Assembly (NCBI GenBank): GCA_003222195.1
Contig: QHVB01000026.1
Coordinates: forward strand, 71,662-135,661
DNA length: 64,000 nt
DNA from: Gemmatimonadota bacterium
Lineage (GTDB): Bacteria; Gemmatimonadota; Gemmatimonadetes; Gemmatimonadales; GWC2-71-9
Direction: 5' to 3'
Part shown: piece after piece, positions 30,717 through 40,263 of the stretch
Numbering within the stretch: the stretch's first letter is position 1
Layout of the letters: each line of letters opens with the position of its first letter
The notes under the pieces: model-generated
Database searches by the model: none
Seen by the model: the letters and a program-made list of their open reading frames with translations, nothing else
Told to the model about the DNA's origin: nothing
Program-made: the position numbers and the translations under genes

Positions 30717-31871
30717 ATGAGCTCTAATACCAGGCAGCGCGGTCTTGACGGTGTCGTCGCCGCCCAGACCCGCCTCAGCCACGTCGACGGTCAGGCCGGG
30801 GAGCTGATCATCGGCGGCTACCAGCTCAGCGAGCTGGCCGGTCGTGTCAGCTTCGAGGAGGCCGCGCATCTCCTGTGGCGCGGCGCATTGCCGGCCCCCG
30901 ACGAACTGGCGGCGCTGCGCCGCGAAATTGCCGAGCTCCGCGCGCTGCCGGAAGAAACGATGCACGTGGTGCGGGCCGCGGCGAAGACGCCGCCGATCGA
31001 TGCGTTGCGTATGGCCTGCGCGACCTTGTCGCTGGACCTCGCGCGCCCCGACGACATCTCGCCCGCGGCCGACCTCGCGGCCGCCAAGCTGCTCGCGGCG
31101 CGGTTTCCCACCGTGGTCGCGGCGCATGCGCGGCTGAGCGCGGGCAAGCAGCCGATCGCGCCGCGTACCGATCTGCCCCTGTCCGCGAACTTCCTTTACA
31201 TGGTGCACGGCAAGGAGCCCGATCCGATCGCGGCGCGCGCGATCGACACCTACTGGGTGACGGTGATCGATCACGGGATGAACGCGTCGACGTTCGCCGC
31301 GCGAGTGATCGCCAGTACCCGCTCCGACATCGTGAGCGCGTTGACGGGTGCGATCGGCGCATTGAAGGGGCCGCTGCACGGCGGCGCGCCGGGCCCCGTG
31401 CTCGACATGCTCAAGGACATCAGGTCCGCTGACCGCGCCGAGGCGTGGGTCCGCAACGAGCTGGCCGCCGGCCGGCGCATTATGGGCTTTGGGCACCGCG
31501 TCTACAAGGTGCGCGATCCGAGAGCCGACGTGCTCAGTAAAGTCGCCAACGAGATGAGCTCCGCGGCACTGGAGAACCGGCAGCTGTTCGATCTCGCGCG
31601 TGCCGCCGAGCAGACGATTCTCAAGGTGCTCGAGGAAGTGAAGCCCGGGCGGAATCTTCGGACGAATGTCGAGTTCTACACGGCGCTCGTGCTCCAGGCG
31701 CTGGGCCTGGACCCGCGGTCGTTCGTCGCCACATTTGCGTGCGGGCGCGTGGCGGGGTGGTGCGCTCATGTCATCGAGCAGCACGGTGAGGACCATCTCA
31801 TCCGGCCGCAATCTGAATACGTTGGCCCCCGAGGATTGAAGGTCGGGGGCGATAAAGGGCGGCGAACATGA
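30717..31871 (+). CDS. citrate synthase family protein (small type; citrate or 2-methylcitrate synthase)
   Basis: GLDGVVAAQTRLSHVDG, HGMNASTF, GALKGPLHGGA, GFGHRVYK and DPR motifs. ATG 30717 is preferred over the listed start. Confidence 0.9.
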   Translation: MSSNTRQRGLDGVVAAQTRLSHVDGQAGELIIGGYQLSELAGRVSFEEAAHLLWRGALPAPDELAALRREIAELRALPEETMHVVRAAAKTPPIDALRMACATLSLDLARPDDISPAADLAAAKLLAARFPTVVAAHARLSAGKQPIAPRTDLPLSANFLYMVHGKEPDPIAARAIDTYWVTVIDHGMNASTFAARVIASTRSDIVSALTGAIGALKGPLHGGAPGPVLDMLKDIRSADRAEAWVRNELAAGRRIMGFGHRVYKVRDPRADVLSKVANEMSSAALENRQLFDLARAAEQTILKVLEEVKPGRNLRTNVEFYTALVLQALGLDPRSFVATFACGRVAGWCAHVIEQHGEDHLIRPQSEYVGPRGLKVGGDKGRRT

Positions 31872-31987
31872 TCACACGATTGGCAATCGGGTTCCCCTTC
31901 AGCGGCAAGATTCGCTATACGCGGCTTTTCGTTCGCCGGGACGGACGGTGGCAAGCCGTGCTGATGCAACAGACTCCCATGCAATAA
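31868..31987 (+). pseudogene. 39-codon ORF resembling the C-terminal strand pair of a DUF4440/SnoaL-like protein (possible remnant or micro-protein)
   Basis: MITRLAIGFPFSGKIRYTRLFVRRDGRWQAVLMQQTPMQ. The ...RDGRWQ.V..Q.TP ending is typical of the NTF2-like fold. ATGA overlap with the citrate synthase stop, and lower GC3 than neighbours. Confidence 0.3.
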
Positions 31988-31990
31988 GAC

Positions 31991-32938
31991 TTGGCGCTCC
32001 CTCCTCCCTATCCCGTGCTGATCGCTGCCGAGCTCAAGAATCTTCTCGAGCCGACGCAGCTCGTAGACTTCGATGTCACCTGGATCGCCGCGAGCGACCA
32101 GACTCCCAAGGGCGAGTGGGTTGCCATCGTTCCGCTGCTCTCCCGCTGGGTCGGCGGCACGGAGTTCAAGAATCTCCCCAGGCTGCGCATCGTCGCGAAT
32201 TGCGCCGTGGGCTACAACAACGTCGATCTCGTCGCCGCCGAGATGCGCAACGTCCTCGTGACCAACACCCCCGGCGTGCTTACAGAAGCGACGGCCGACT
32301 TAACGTGGGCGCTGATCCTCGCGACCGCGCGGCGGCTGGTGGAAGGCGTGGATCTCGTGCGCAGCGGGCGCTGGACCGGCTGGCACCCCGAGCAGCTCCT
32401 CGGCCTCGAGCTGCGCGGCCGCACGCTTGGGCTCCTCGGCGCCGGTCGCATCGGCCGGGCGGTCGGCCGGCGGGCGCTGCCGTTCGGTTTGCGCATCCTC
32501 TACGTCGCCCGCACGCCCAAGCCGGAGTTCGAACGCGACACCGGCGCGCGACGCGTGGATACGAGCCAGCTGTTCGCGGAGAGCGACATCCTGAGCGTGC
32601 ACGTGCCGTCCACGCCGGAGACCAAGGGCATGATCAACGGCGAGACACTCGCCCGGATGAAGCGCGGCGCGATTCTGATCAATACGTCACGCGGCGACGT
32701 GGTTCGTGAGGAAGCGCTCGCCATGGCGCTCGAGCTCGGGCAGCTCGGCGCCGCCGGCCTGGACGTCTATACCGACGAACCCCGCATCCATCCTCGATTA
32801 CTAGCGGCGCCGCGCACCGTGCTGTTGCCGCATATCGGCAGTGCGACGGAAGAGACGCGCCGCAAAATGGCCACGATGGCGATCGCGAACGTGCAGTCCG
32901 TACTGGGGGGACAACCCCCTTTGACCCCCGTTTACTGA
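31991..32938 (+). CDS. D-2-hydroxyacid dehydrogenase (glyoxylate/hydroxypyruvate reductase-like)
   Basis: GLLGAGRIGRAV NAD motif, NTSRG and HIGSAT catalytic motifs. TTG start. Confidence 0.9.
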   Translation: MALPPPYPVLIAAELKNLLEPTQLVDFDVTWIAASDQTPKGEWVAIVPLLSRWVGGTEFKNLPRLRIVANCAVGYNNVDLVAAEMRNVLVTNTPGVLTEATADLTWALILATARRLVEGVDLVRSGRWTGWHPEQLLGLELRGRTLGLLGAGRIGRAVGRRALPFGLRILYVARTPKPEFERDTGARRVDTSQLFAESDILSVHVPSTPETKGMINGETLARMKRGAILINTSRGDVVREEALAMALELGQLGAAGLDVYTDEPRIHPRLLAAPRTVLLPHIGSATEETRRKMATMAIANVQSVLGGQPPLTPVY

Positions 32939-32959
32939 TAGGTAGCTTTCACGTCCGAG

Positions 32960-33514
32960 ATGCCTCGGCCCAAAGCAGAAGAACGCACGATTCTCCTGGA
33001 CGCCCGCGCGATGTCGCGGGCGTTGCAGCGTATGGCCGTGGAGATCGTCGAGCTGGCGCACGGCACGGACGATCTCGTGCTCATCGGCATCCAGCGCCGC
33101 GGGGTTGAGCTCGCCGAACGCATCGCGAAACTCATCGAACAGCAGGAAGGTGCACCTGCGTTGATTCCGCGTGGGGCGCTCGACATCACGCTCTACCGCG
33201 ATGACCTCGGCACCGTCGGCCCGAAGCCCGTGATCGGCGAAACGCACATTCCCGGTGATCTCACGGACAAGCACGCGGTCATCGTGGACGACGTGCTTTA
33301 TACCGGGAGGACCGTGCGGGCCGCGCTCGATGAGCTGGCCGACTTCAGCCGTCCGAAGCGCATCTCCCTGTGCGTCCTCGTGGATCGTGGCGGCCGCGAG
33401 CTGCCGATTCAGGCCGACATCGTCGGGAAATCGGTCAAGACCGGACCAGACGACCGCGTCGACGTGCTGGTCGAGGAGCTGGACGGCCGCGATCAGGTGG
33501 ATGTGATCCGATGA
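32960..33514 (+). CDS. pyrR: bifunctional pyr operon regulator / uracil phosphoribosyltransferase PyrR
   Basis: LIGIQRRGV and [21 protein letters not shown]-binding motif; about 180 aa. Confidence 0.9.
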   Translation: MPRPKAEERTILLDARAMSRALQRMAVEIVELAHGTDDLVLIGIQRRGVELAERIAKLIEQQEGAPALIPRGALDITLYRDDLGTVGPKPVIGETHIPGDLTDKHAVIVDDVLYTGRTVRAALDELADFSRPKRISLCVLVDRGGRELPIQADIVGKSVKTGPDDRVDVLVEELDGRDQVDVIR

Positions 33515-34503
33515 CCGCGCCGGCACTCGGCAAGGATCTCACCGGGCTCGAGCACATGACGCCGGAGCAAATCCGCCTCATTCTCGACACGGCCGAGCCG
33601 TTCAAGGAAGTATCCGAGCGCCCCATCAAGAAGGTCCCGGCGCTGCGCGGCAAGACGATCGTCAATCTGTTCTTCGAAGCCTCCACCCGCACACGTATCT
33701 CCTTCGAGTTCGCCGAGAAGCGGCTCTCGGCCGACACCGTGAACGTGGCGGCGACCGGCTCTTCAGTCTCCAAGGGTGAAACGCTGGTCGACACGGCGCG
33801 GAATCTCGAAGCGATGCGGATCGACATGGTGGTGATCCGCCATCCGTCGTCGGGGGCGGCGGAATTCCTCGGCGATCGTATCGCCTCGAACGTGATCAAC
33901 GCCGGCGATGGCAAGCACGAGCATCCGACGCAGGCGCTGCTCGACCTGCTCACGATCCGGGACAAGCACGGCAAGATCGAAGGCCTCAAGGTCTGTCTCG
34001 TTGGCGACGTGCTGCACTCGCGCGTCGCGCGCTCGAACCTGTGGGGATTGTCGAAGCTCGGTGCGGAAGTCGCCGTCTGCGGACCGTGGACGCTCATGCC
34101 CCGGGGCATCCAGGAGCTGGGCGTCACCGTCTTCGGCCGCATCGAGGAAGCGATCGAGTGGGCCGACGTCCTCAACGTGCTGCGACTGCAGCTCGAGCGC
34201 ATGGAAAAGGGATTCATCCCGAGCCTGCGGGAGTACTACCGCGTCTTTGGGGTCACCCCCGAGCGGCTCGAGCGCTCACCCAAGCCGATCACGATCATGC
34301 ACCCCGGGCCCATGAATCGCGGTGTCGAGATCGATTCGCGCGTGGCCGATGGCCCCCACAGCGTCATCCTCGATCAAGTCACGAATGGCGTCGCCGTGCG
34401 GATGGCGGTGCTGTATCTGCTCGCCGGTGGCCGGGCCGAGCTCGCGGATGCCGCGAAGCGAGGGGGAGGGGGAGGGGGAGGGGCAGGGGGGGGGAGCGAG
34501 TGA
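33511..34503 (+). CDS. pyrB: aspartate carbamoyltransferase catalytic subunit
   Basis: STRTR, HPTQ and HPGPMNRG motifs. ATGA overlap with pyrR. Unusual Gly-rich C-terminal tail. Confidence 0.92.
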   Translation: MTAPALGKDLTGLEHMTPEQIRLILDTAEPFKEVSERPIKKVPALRGKTIVNLFFEASTRTRISFEFAEKRLSADTVNVAATGSSVSKGETLVDTARNLEAMRIDMVVIRHPSSGAAEFLGDRIASNVINAGDGKHEHPTQALLDLLTIRDKHGKIEGLKVCLVGDVLHSRVARSNLWGLSKLGAEVAVCGPWTLMPRGIQELGVTVFGRIEEAIEWADVLNVLRLQLERMEKGFIPSLREYYRVFGVTPERLERSPKPITIMHPGPMNRGVEIDSRVADGPHSVILDQVTNGVAVRMAVLYLLAGGRAELADAAKRGGGGGGGAGGGSE

Positions 34504-35795
34504 GCCGGCCCATACTGCTGCAGGGTGGGCGCGTGATCGATCCGAGTCGTGATCTGGATGAGCTTGCCGATGTGCTCATTCAGGATGGGAAGATCGCCGC
34601 AGTGGGACGCGGGCTCTCCGCCCCCGATGCTGTCAGCATCCGCAATGTGAAGGGGAAGATCGTCGCGCCCGGTCTCGTCGACTTGCACGTCCATCTGCGC
34701 GAGCCGGGCAACGAAGACGAAGAGACCGTCGCGAGCGGTGCGCGCGCCGCCGCCGCCGGCGGCTTCACCGCGATCTGCGCGATGCCCAACACCGATCCCG
34801 TCACCGACAATCAGGCAGCCGTCGGCTTCATCGTGCGCCAGTCGGGGCGTGCCGGCCTCGCGCGCGTGCATCCGATCGGCGCCGTCTCGATCGGCCAGAA
34901 AGGGGAACGGCTCGCCGAGTTCGGGGAGATGGTGGGCGCCGGCGCCGTCGCCGTTTCCGACGATGGCAGACCGATCGTCTCGAGTCACCTGATGCGTACC
35001 GCGCTCGAGTACGCGCGGACGTTCGACATCCCCGTGGCGGATCATTGTGAGGATCCGGCGCTCGCCGCCGGCGGCGTCATGCACGAGGGTCTCGTCTCGA
35101 CGCGTCTCGGCCTGAAGGGGATCCCCGCCGCAGCTGAGGAGATCATGGTCGCGCGCGATGTCGTCCTGGCGGAGCTGACCGGCGGGCATGTCCATCTCTG
35201 CCACATGTCCTGCCGCGGCTCGGTCGCCATCATTCGCGAGGCGAAGGAGCGGGGCATCCGAGTGACGGCCGAAGTGACGCCGCATCACCTGACGCTCACC
35301 GATTACGCATGCGAGGACTACGACACGCACGCTAAGATGAATCCGCCGCTGCGAGAAGCCGCCGACGTGGCCGCACTCCGGGGCGCGCTCAAGGAGGGTG
35401 TGATCGACTGCATTGCTTCCGATCACGCGCCTCACGCCTACGACGAGAAAGAGGCGGCATTCGACGATGCACCGTTCGGCGTCGTCGGACTCGAAACCGC
35501 TTTTGCCGTCGCCCACACGGAGTTGGTGGAGAGCGGCATCTTCACCCTCCCGGAGCTGATCCGCCGCATGAGCACCGATCCGGCGCGGGTCTTCCACCTC
35601 GCGGAGGCGGGGGGGGGCGGCACACTCGCGCCGGGCTCGGTCGCGGATGTCGCCGTTTTCGATACGACCGCCAAGTGGTCGGTCGATCCGGCCGCGTTTC
35701 ATTCCAAGAGCCGCAACACGCCGTTCACGGGTCGAGCACTGACGGGGCGCGCGGTCCTCACCATCGTCGCCGGCACGATCGTTCACGAGCTGTGA
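34500..35795 (+). CDS. pyrC: dihydroorotase
   Basis: [10 protein letters not shown] and ASDHAPH motifs. The GTG start overlaps the pyrB stop (GTGA). Confidence 0.9.
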   Translation: MSRPILLQGGRVIDPSRDLDELADVLIQDGKIAAVGRGLSAPDAVSIRNVKGKIVAPGLVDLHVHLREPGNEDEETVASGARAAAAGGFTAICAMPNTDPVTDNQAAVGFIVRQSGRAGLARVHPIGAVSIGQKGERLAEFGEMVGAGAVAVSDDGRPIVSSHLMRTALEYARTFDIPVADHCEDPALAAGGVMHEGLVSTRLGLKGIPAAAEEIMVARDVVLAELTGGHVHLCHMSCRGSVAIIREAKERGIRVTAEVTPHHLTLTDYACEDYDTHAKMNPPLREAADVAALRGALKEGVIDCIASDHAPHAYDEKEAAFDDAPFGVVGLETAFAVAHTELVESGIFTLPELIRRMSTDPARVFHLAEAGGGGTLAPGSVADVAVFDTTAKWSVDPAAFHSKSRNTPFTGRALTGRAVLTIVAGTIVHEL

Positions 35796-36451
35796 ACGTC
35801 CGCGCGGTAGCCCGGCGCATGGCGCTGTGCTGCCGCCAGCTCGCGGCGCAGGGCTTGATTGCGGGACGCGACGGCAATCTCTCGGTGCGTTTGGCGCCGG
35901 ACCGCGTCCTCGTCACGCCCAGTGGATTCATCAAATCGCTCGTGACGGCGGCCGATATGGTGGAAGTCGATCTCACCGGCAAACCGCGCACGGGTGGCAC
36001 CCGCAAGCCTACCAGCGAGTTGGACTTACACTTGCGCATCCTTCGCCACCGGCCCGATGTGCTTGCCGTCGTGCACGCGCATCCGCCTACGGCTACAGGG
36101 TTTGCCGTTGCGGGCGAGGAGATTCCGGGCAATTTGTTGCCGGAGCTTATCTTCGTGGTGGGACCGGTGCCGCTCGTGCCCTTCGGTATGCCAGGTACGC
36201 CGGAGCTTGGCGATCGCATCGTCCCATACATCGAAGCCAACCGTCACCAGGCGCTGCTACTGGCCAATCACGGCGCCGTGACGATGGGCAGAACGCTCGA
36301 CGAGGCCTGGATCCGGATGGAGAGTCTCGAGCACGCGGCGCGGATCATCGCCGCGGCGCGCGGGCTCGGGGACCCGAAACCGTTGACCGCCCGGGCCGTC
36401 GAGAGACTCGAAGCTCTGCGCGCCCAAGTGCAGCGGGAGAAGGATGCCTAA
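35792..36451 (+). CDS. class II aldolase/adducin family protein
   Basis: GNLSVR, VVHAHPP and LLANHG motifs. GTGA overlap with pyrC. Confidence 0.8.
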   Translation: MNVRAVARRMALCCRQLAAQGLIAGRDGNLSVRLAPDRVLVTPSGFIKSLVTAADMVEVDLTGKPRTGGTRKPTSELDLHLRILRHRPDVLAVVHAHPPTATGFAVAGEEIPGNLLPELIFVVGPVPLVPFGMPGTPELGDRIVPYIEANRHQALLLANHGAVTMGRTLDEAWIRMESLEHAARIIAAARGLGDPKPLTARAVERLEALRAQVQREKDA

Positions 36452-37205
36452 GGGACCGTCCAAGAGTGCCGCGGCGATTGAGCGGCTCCTAGAAGAACGT
36501 CGCCAGTACGAGGCGTGGCTCGCGCGCATTACCGCGACCGCCGACTCGGCGCCGGAGCACGTCCGCACTCGGGTGAAGGCCGACTACGAGGCGCGACTCA
36601 AGGCCGTCACCGAAGAATTGCGTGCCCACGCCGATGCCGCGCGCCAGCTGATCGCGCAGCGTAAGGAAACCCTGCTCGAGCTGCAGAAAAAGGAGAAGGC
36701 GGTTGCCGAGCGGCTTGCGGAGACCGAGCTGCGACACGAAGTAGGCGAATACGATGAGGCACAGTGGGGGCAGGTGCACAAGGACGCGCTGGCGGATCTC
36801 GGGGCCGTCCGTGACGAGCTGATGGACGTCGAGCGCGACATCACGCGGCTCGAGGAGCTGGATAAGCTCGTGAAGGCCAAACCGACGCCCGCCTCCCGGG
36901 GGGTGGCAGGGGAACTCACGCTGACGCCATCGCCGCCGCTCAAACCCGCCGAGAGGCGCAAGACACCAATCGACGAGTTGGCGTTCCTCAAGTCGGTGAC
37001 GGAAGACGACAAGAACGCCCCGTCGCCGCGCCGCGCGAGCGGTGGGCAGTACCAGCCTGACGACCTCCAGGACGCCGCGCATCTCGCGCCGGTCGACGAG
37101 GACGCGCCGGTCGAGAAGACGCTCAAGTGCCGGGAATGCGGGACGATGAATCTGGCGACGGAGTGGTACTGCGAGAACTGCGGCGCGGAGATGGGCGCGC
37201 TGTAG
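36444..37205 (+). CDS. coiled-coil protein with C-terminal CxxC...CxxC zinc ribbon
   Basis: Heptad-rich N-terminal two thirds, a Pro-rich linker, and terminal KCRECGTMNLATEWYCENCGAEM. Confidence 0.6.
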   Translation: MPKGPSKSAAAIERLLEERRQYEAWLARITATADSAPEHVRTRVKADYEARLKAVTEELRAHADAARQLIAQRKETLLELQKKEKAVAERLAETELRHEVGEYDEAQWGQVHKDALADLGAVRDELMDVERDITRLEELDKLVKAKPTPASRGVAGELTLTPSPPLKPAERRKTPIDELAFLKSVTEDDKNAPSPRRASGGQYQPDDLQDAAHLAPVDEDAPVEKTLKCRECGTMNLATEWYCENCGAEMGAL

Positions 37206-37216
37206 GATAACAATGT

Positions 37217-37246
37217 TGTAGGGGCGCAGCATGCTGCGCCCCTACA
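37217..37246. repeat. 30-bp perfect palindrome TGTAGGGGCGCAGCATGCTGCGCCCCTACA (REP-like; probable bidirectional terminator hairpin)
   Basis: Lies between convergent stops (37205 plus strand, 37255 minus strand). A second copy with one mismatch is at 49451-49478. Confidence 0.8.
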
Positions 37247-37254
37247 TGTTCAGA

Positions 37255-37524
37255 TTACGCCGATGCCTTCTCCTTCAACCGTTTCACTAACGCCGCCAAA
37301 CGGGACTTCTGCCGCGCGGCGTTGTTTTTGTGGATGAGTCCCTTGCGCGCGGCGCGATCGAGGACGCGGGCGGCGAGCGCGTAGGCCGCGGCCGCGGCTT
37401 CGGCGGTAGCGGAGGCGCGCACGTGCTTGAGCGCGGTGCGCAGCGACGAGCGTTGCGCCCGGTTGCGGATGGTGCGCGTGCGCGCTTGGCGCATCGCTTT
37501 CTTCGCGGATTTGATCTTCGGCAT
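37255..37524 (-). CDS. rpsT: 30S ribosomal protein S20
   Basis: MPKIKSAKKAMRQARTRTIRNRAQRS... is a canonical S20; 89 aa from the internal ATG. Confidence 0.92.
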   Translation of the reverse strand: MPKIKSAKKAMRQARTRTIRNRAQRSSLRTALKHVRASATAEAAAAAYALAARVLDRAARKGLIHKNNAARQKSRLAALVKRLKEKASA

Positions 37525-37546
37525 GGCGCGGAAAGTAGACGGTAAG

Positions 37547-38287
37547 TTGCGTCGGGTCAAGACTATACATATCTTTGGCCGTCACCTACCCGAGTCAAAC
37601 ACTATCTCGTTCGAGTTTTTCGTCTGGGCCCCGGTGTTGCTGTTTTCCATGGTCGCCCACGAATACGCTCACGCCGAGGCAGCCTATCGACAGGGTGATT
37701 CCACCGCCTACATGCTCGGGCGCCTGACGCTCAATCCCCTCAAGCATATCGATCCATTCATGACGGTGATCCTGCCGCTCGTGCTCTGGTTCGGGTCGCA
37801 CGGCACCTATACGTTCGGCGGCGCAAAGCCGGTCCCGGTGAACCCGCGGAACTACCGGCAATACGTGCGGGGTGACATCATCGTCTCCCTGGCCGGCATC
37901 GCCGTGAACCTCGTGCTGTTCCTCATTTTCACGGCCTTGTTCGCGACCGTGGGAACCCTGGCGGAAGCGGTGCCCGTGCTGGGTCCGACGCTCGAAATCC
38001 TGCAACGGATGATGTACTACGGCATGTGGCTGAACCTGGTGCTCGCCTTTTTCAACCTGATTCCGATCCCGCCGCTCGATGGCAGTCACGTCTTCTATCA
38101 TCTGCTGCCGCCCGGCGCCGGGATGCAGTACCGGCAGCTGCAGCGCTTCGGCTTCCTCCCGATCATGGTCGTCAGCTTCATGCTCCCTGGCGTGATTCAG
38201 TTCTTCTTATGGCCCGCCGTGAAGCTGATGCGACTCGCATTGGCCATGGTGATTCCGGTCGCGCTGCCGAACGGGCTTCCCTCATGA
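37547..38287 (+). CDS. site-2 protease (peptidase M50) family membrane protein
   Basis: HEYAHA (HExxH) in a TM helix, NPLKHIDP, and a second-site LIPIPPLDGSH motif. The start is uncertain: TTG 37547 is chosen because the listed start overlaps rpsT. Confidence 0.8.
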   Translation: MRRVKTIHIFGRHLPESNTISFEFFVWAPVLLFSMVAHEYAHAEAAYRQGDSTAYMLGRLTLNPLKHIDPFMTVILPLVLWFGSHGTYTFGGAKPVPVNPRNYRQYVRGDIIVSLAGIAVNLVLFLIFTALFATVGTLAEAVPVLGPTLEILQRMMYYGMWLNLVLAFFNLIPIPPLDGSHVFYHLLPPGAGMQYRQLQRFGFLPIMVVSFMLPGVIQFFLWPAVKLMRLALAMVIPVALPNGLPS

Positions 38288-39024
38288 CGAGTCCCATCCT
38301 CCGCGATCCGGGCAACAGCGGGTTCGTGATCGAGCTGGAAAAGTTCTCCGGCCCGCTGGACTTGCTGCTGCATCTGATCCGCGAAGACGAAGTCGACATC
38401 ACCGATCTGCCGATCGCCAAGGTCGCCGATCAGTTCCTCTCCGTGATCAACGAGCTGGGACTGAACCAGGCCGCCGATTACCTCGAAATGGCCGCGCGGC
38501 TGCTGCGGATCAAGGCACAGCTGCTGCTGCCGCGCCGGCTCGGCGACGACGAATGGGAAGACCCGCGTGCCGAGCTGGTGCGCCGGCTGCTCGAATACCA
38601 GCAGATCCGCGAGCTCGTCGACTGGCTGGGTCATGCCGCCGACGTCCGGGCCGAGCGGCTCGGCCGGGGGTACGAGGCGCCGCCGCCCGATGCGCCGCCC
38701 GCACCGCTGCAGATCGACCTGAACGATCTGCTCGCGGCCGCAGAACGCGTCATCGCGCTCATGCCCGATCCGAACTTGCACCACCGCGTCGTGCCGCGGC
38801 CGCTCGACGTCGAAGGGGCGACGGCGCGCATCAATGCGCTGTTGGCCGAGCGAGAGCAGTTTGGCTGGATCGACGTCGTGGGGCGGGGGGGGACGATCGT
38901 GGACATCTTGTCGGCATTCATCGCGCTGCTCGAGCTCGCCAAACGCGGCTCGCTCACGCTGTCGCAGCCTGAACCATTCGGTCCGATGGTGATTACGCGT
39001 GCAACCCCTCGCGAAGCTCCTTGA
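38284..39024 (+). CDS. scpA: segregation and condensation protein A
   Basis: FSGPLDLLLHLIREDEVDITDLPIAKVADQFL is a kleisin ScpA signature. ATGA overlap. Confidence 0.9.
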   Translation: MTSPILRDPGNSGFVIELEKFSGPLDLLLHLIREDEVDITDLPIAKVADQFLSVINELGLNQAADYLEMAARLLRIKAQLLLPRRLGDDEWEDPRAELVRRLLEYQQIRELVDWLGHAADVRAERLGRGYEAPPPDAPPAPLQIDLNDLLAAAERVIALMPDPNLHHRVVPRPLDVEGATARINALLAEREQFGWIDVVGRGGTIVDILSAFIALLELAKRGSLTLSQPEPFGPMVITRATPREAP

Positions 39025-39547
39025 AGCCGCGCTGTTTGCGGCGTCGCGCCCGCTGACCCTCGAGGAGCTGGCCTCCCTCGACCCCAGTGCCGGAGAAATG
39101 GCGCTCCGGGCGTCGCTCGAGGCGCTCGGTGCCGCCTACAATGACGAACACGGCGTCGAGCTGGTCGAGATTGCGGGGGGTTGGCAGTTCCTCACACGCC
39201 GCGAATACGCGGAGACGATCGAGCGCGCGCAGTTCGCCTTGCGGCCACGGCGGCTGTCTCCCGCCGCGCTCGAAACGCTCGCCATCATCGCCTATCGGCA
39301 ACCGGTCGGACGGCTCGAGGTGGACGAGATCCGCGGCGTCGACTCCGGCGCCGTGATCGACAAGCTGGTGGAGCGCGGCCTTATCGAAGTCGTCACGCGC
39401 GGAGAAGGTCTGGGCCGCCCGCTGCTCTACGGCACCACACCGTCGTTCCTGGAGATTCTCGGATTGAAAGGCCTGGAGGATCTGCCGCGGCTCGAAGAGC
39501 TGTCCGTGGCCCTCCGGCGTCCCACCCCGGTCGACGAGCCCGAATGA
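38999..39547 (+). CDS. scpB: segregation and condensation protein B
   Basis: LEAALFAASRPLTLEEL...GGWQF.T...LSPAALETLAIIAYRQPV...IRGV motifs. Confidence 0.9.
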   Translation: MQPLAKLLEAALFAASRPLTLEELASLDPSAGEMALRASLEALGAAYNDEHGVELVEIAGGWQFLTRREYAETIERAQFALRPRRLSPAALETLAIIAYRQPVGRLEVDEIRGVDSGAVIDKLVERGLIEVVTRGEGLGRPLLYGTTPSFLEILGLKGLEDLPRLEELSVALRRPTPVDEPE

Positions 39548-40263
39548 CCGTCATGCGCCTGCAGCGCGCCCTGGCGCGCGCGGGCGTCGCGTCGCGCCGC
39601 AAGGCGGAAGACCTGATCCGCGCGGGCCGCGTGCGCGTGGACGGCGAGACGGCGGGGATTGGCTCAAGCGTCGATCCCGATTCCCAGAAGATCACGGTCG
39701 ACGGCCGTCCCGTACGCAGCGCGGCGCGCACCACTTGGCTCGCGCTCAACAAACCGATCGGCTACGTCGTCAGTCGCTCCGATCCGGAGGGGCGGCGCAC
39801 CGTGTTCGGGCTGCTCCCCAAGGTGCCCGGCCTCACGTACGTTGGTCGGCTGGACGTCATGACCTCCGGGCTCCTGCTCCTGACAACTGACGGCGCGGCG
39901 GCCCACCGGCTCATGCATCCGCGCTACGAGGTGCCCCGCACCTACTGGCTGGGTGTGCACGGCGCGGACAGTGCCGCTATCCGGGCCGCGCTGGCGCAAC
40001 GGATCGTGATCGACGGCCGGGCCGTGCGCATCGTGGAGTCGCGCGTGCGGCCGCAGGGGAAGTCGGTCGAGATCGAGCTGACGGTCGCCGAAGGGCGGCA
40101 GCGGATTGTGCGCCGCATCGCTGAAGCGCTGGGTCTCAAAGTCGAGTGGTTGCACCGTGTGTCCTACGGCCCGGTCCGGCTCGGCAAGCTGGCCGAGGGC
40201 CATTGGCGCGAGCTCACCCGGCAGGAGATCGGAGCGATCGAGCGCTTGCATGGACCTCGCTGA
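39544..40263 (+). CDS. rluB: pseudouridine synthase, RsuA/RluB family
   Basis: S4 domain (MRLQRALARAGVASRRKAEDLI) and catalytic GRLDVMTSGLLLLTTDG. ATGA overlap with scpB. Confidence 0.88.
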   Translation: MTVMRLQRALARAGVASRRKAEDLIRAGRVRVDGETAGIGSSVDPDSQKITVDGRPVRSAARTTWLALNKPIGYVVSRSDPEGRRTVFGLLPKVPGLTYVGRLDVMTSGLLLLTTDGAAAHRLMHPRYEVPRTYWLGVHGADSAAIRAALAQRIVIDGRAVRIVESRVRPQGKSVEIELTVAEGRQRIVRRIAEALGLKVEWLHRVSYGPVRLGKLAEGHWRELTRQEIGAIERLHGPR

